Origin: Vicugna vicugna
Taxonomy: Eukaryota
DNA: 64,000 bases
NCBI GenBank assembly: GCA_013265495.1
Contig: MU058636.1
Coordinates: 2,963,967 to 3,027,966, forward strand
Direction of reading: 5' to 3'
Position 1 is the first letter of the stretch. Every line of letters begins with the position of its first letter. The notes under the pieces are model-generated. The model was not told the DNA's origin. It made no database searches and saw only the letters and a program-made list of their open reading frames with translations. This document shows positions 63,918-64,000 of this stretch, piece after piece. Made by a program: the position numbers and the translations under genes.

Positions 63918-64000
63918 CCATTTTTCATATTTAAAGTAGTAATAAAAGCAGACATCATTGACTTCATATTTAACACCATTATTATAAGCAGTAGCAGTAG

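Larger units (their letters stand above)
23660..64000 (-). other. UBL3: UBL3 intron 1 (partial; exon 1 and promoter lie beyond the window)
   Basis: Exon 2 lacks an ATG. I saw no sequence encoding the expected MSSNVPADM-like N-terminus and no CpG island in the window. Confidence 0.8.

Noticed and set aside
1..64000. A novel multi-gene or prokaryote-type system (CRISPR, operon, defence island)
   Set aside because: The window is a mammalian single-gene locus. All convincing coding signal is explained by UBL3 exons and L1 remnants.

Overview
This is mammalian (eutherian) genomic DNA, most likely camelid, judging from four young tRNA-Ala-derived SINEs that resemble the camelid Vic-1 type. The only supportable gene is UBL3 (ubiquitin-like 3, a membrane-anchored ubiquitin-fold protein) on the minus strand. 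Four coding exons with canonical GT-AG sites lie at 23551-23659, 18483-18569, 14457-14534 and 14101-14153. They splice in frame to INLRLILVSGKTKEFLFSPNDSASDIAKHVYDNWPMDWEEEQVSSPNILRLIYQGRFLHGNVTLGALKLPFGKTTVMHLVARETLPEPNSQGQRNREKTGESNCCVIL*, which ends in a CAAX box. A ~2.85 kb 3'UTR follows. The first exon (start codon plus ~9 codons) and the promoter are not in the window, so 23660-64000 is inferred to be intron 1. Positions 1-11200 are GC-richer downstream intergenic DNA with a strong CTCF motif just past the gene end. The rest is ordinary transposon debris (L1, L2, MIR, MaLR/ERV LTRs, hAT and Tigger DNA elements). I found no convincing novel multi-gene system. The most interesting unexplained signals are a recursive-splice-like AG|GTAAGT site (or 12-nt poison microexon) in intron 1, a sense-oriented intact solo LTR in intron 1, an overlapping miR-155/Pumilio/miR-181 motif cluster in the 3'UTR, and a possible CAAX-less isoform from retention of the last intron. 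Repeat family names and boundaries were recognised by eye and are approximate unless TSDs are given.
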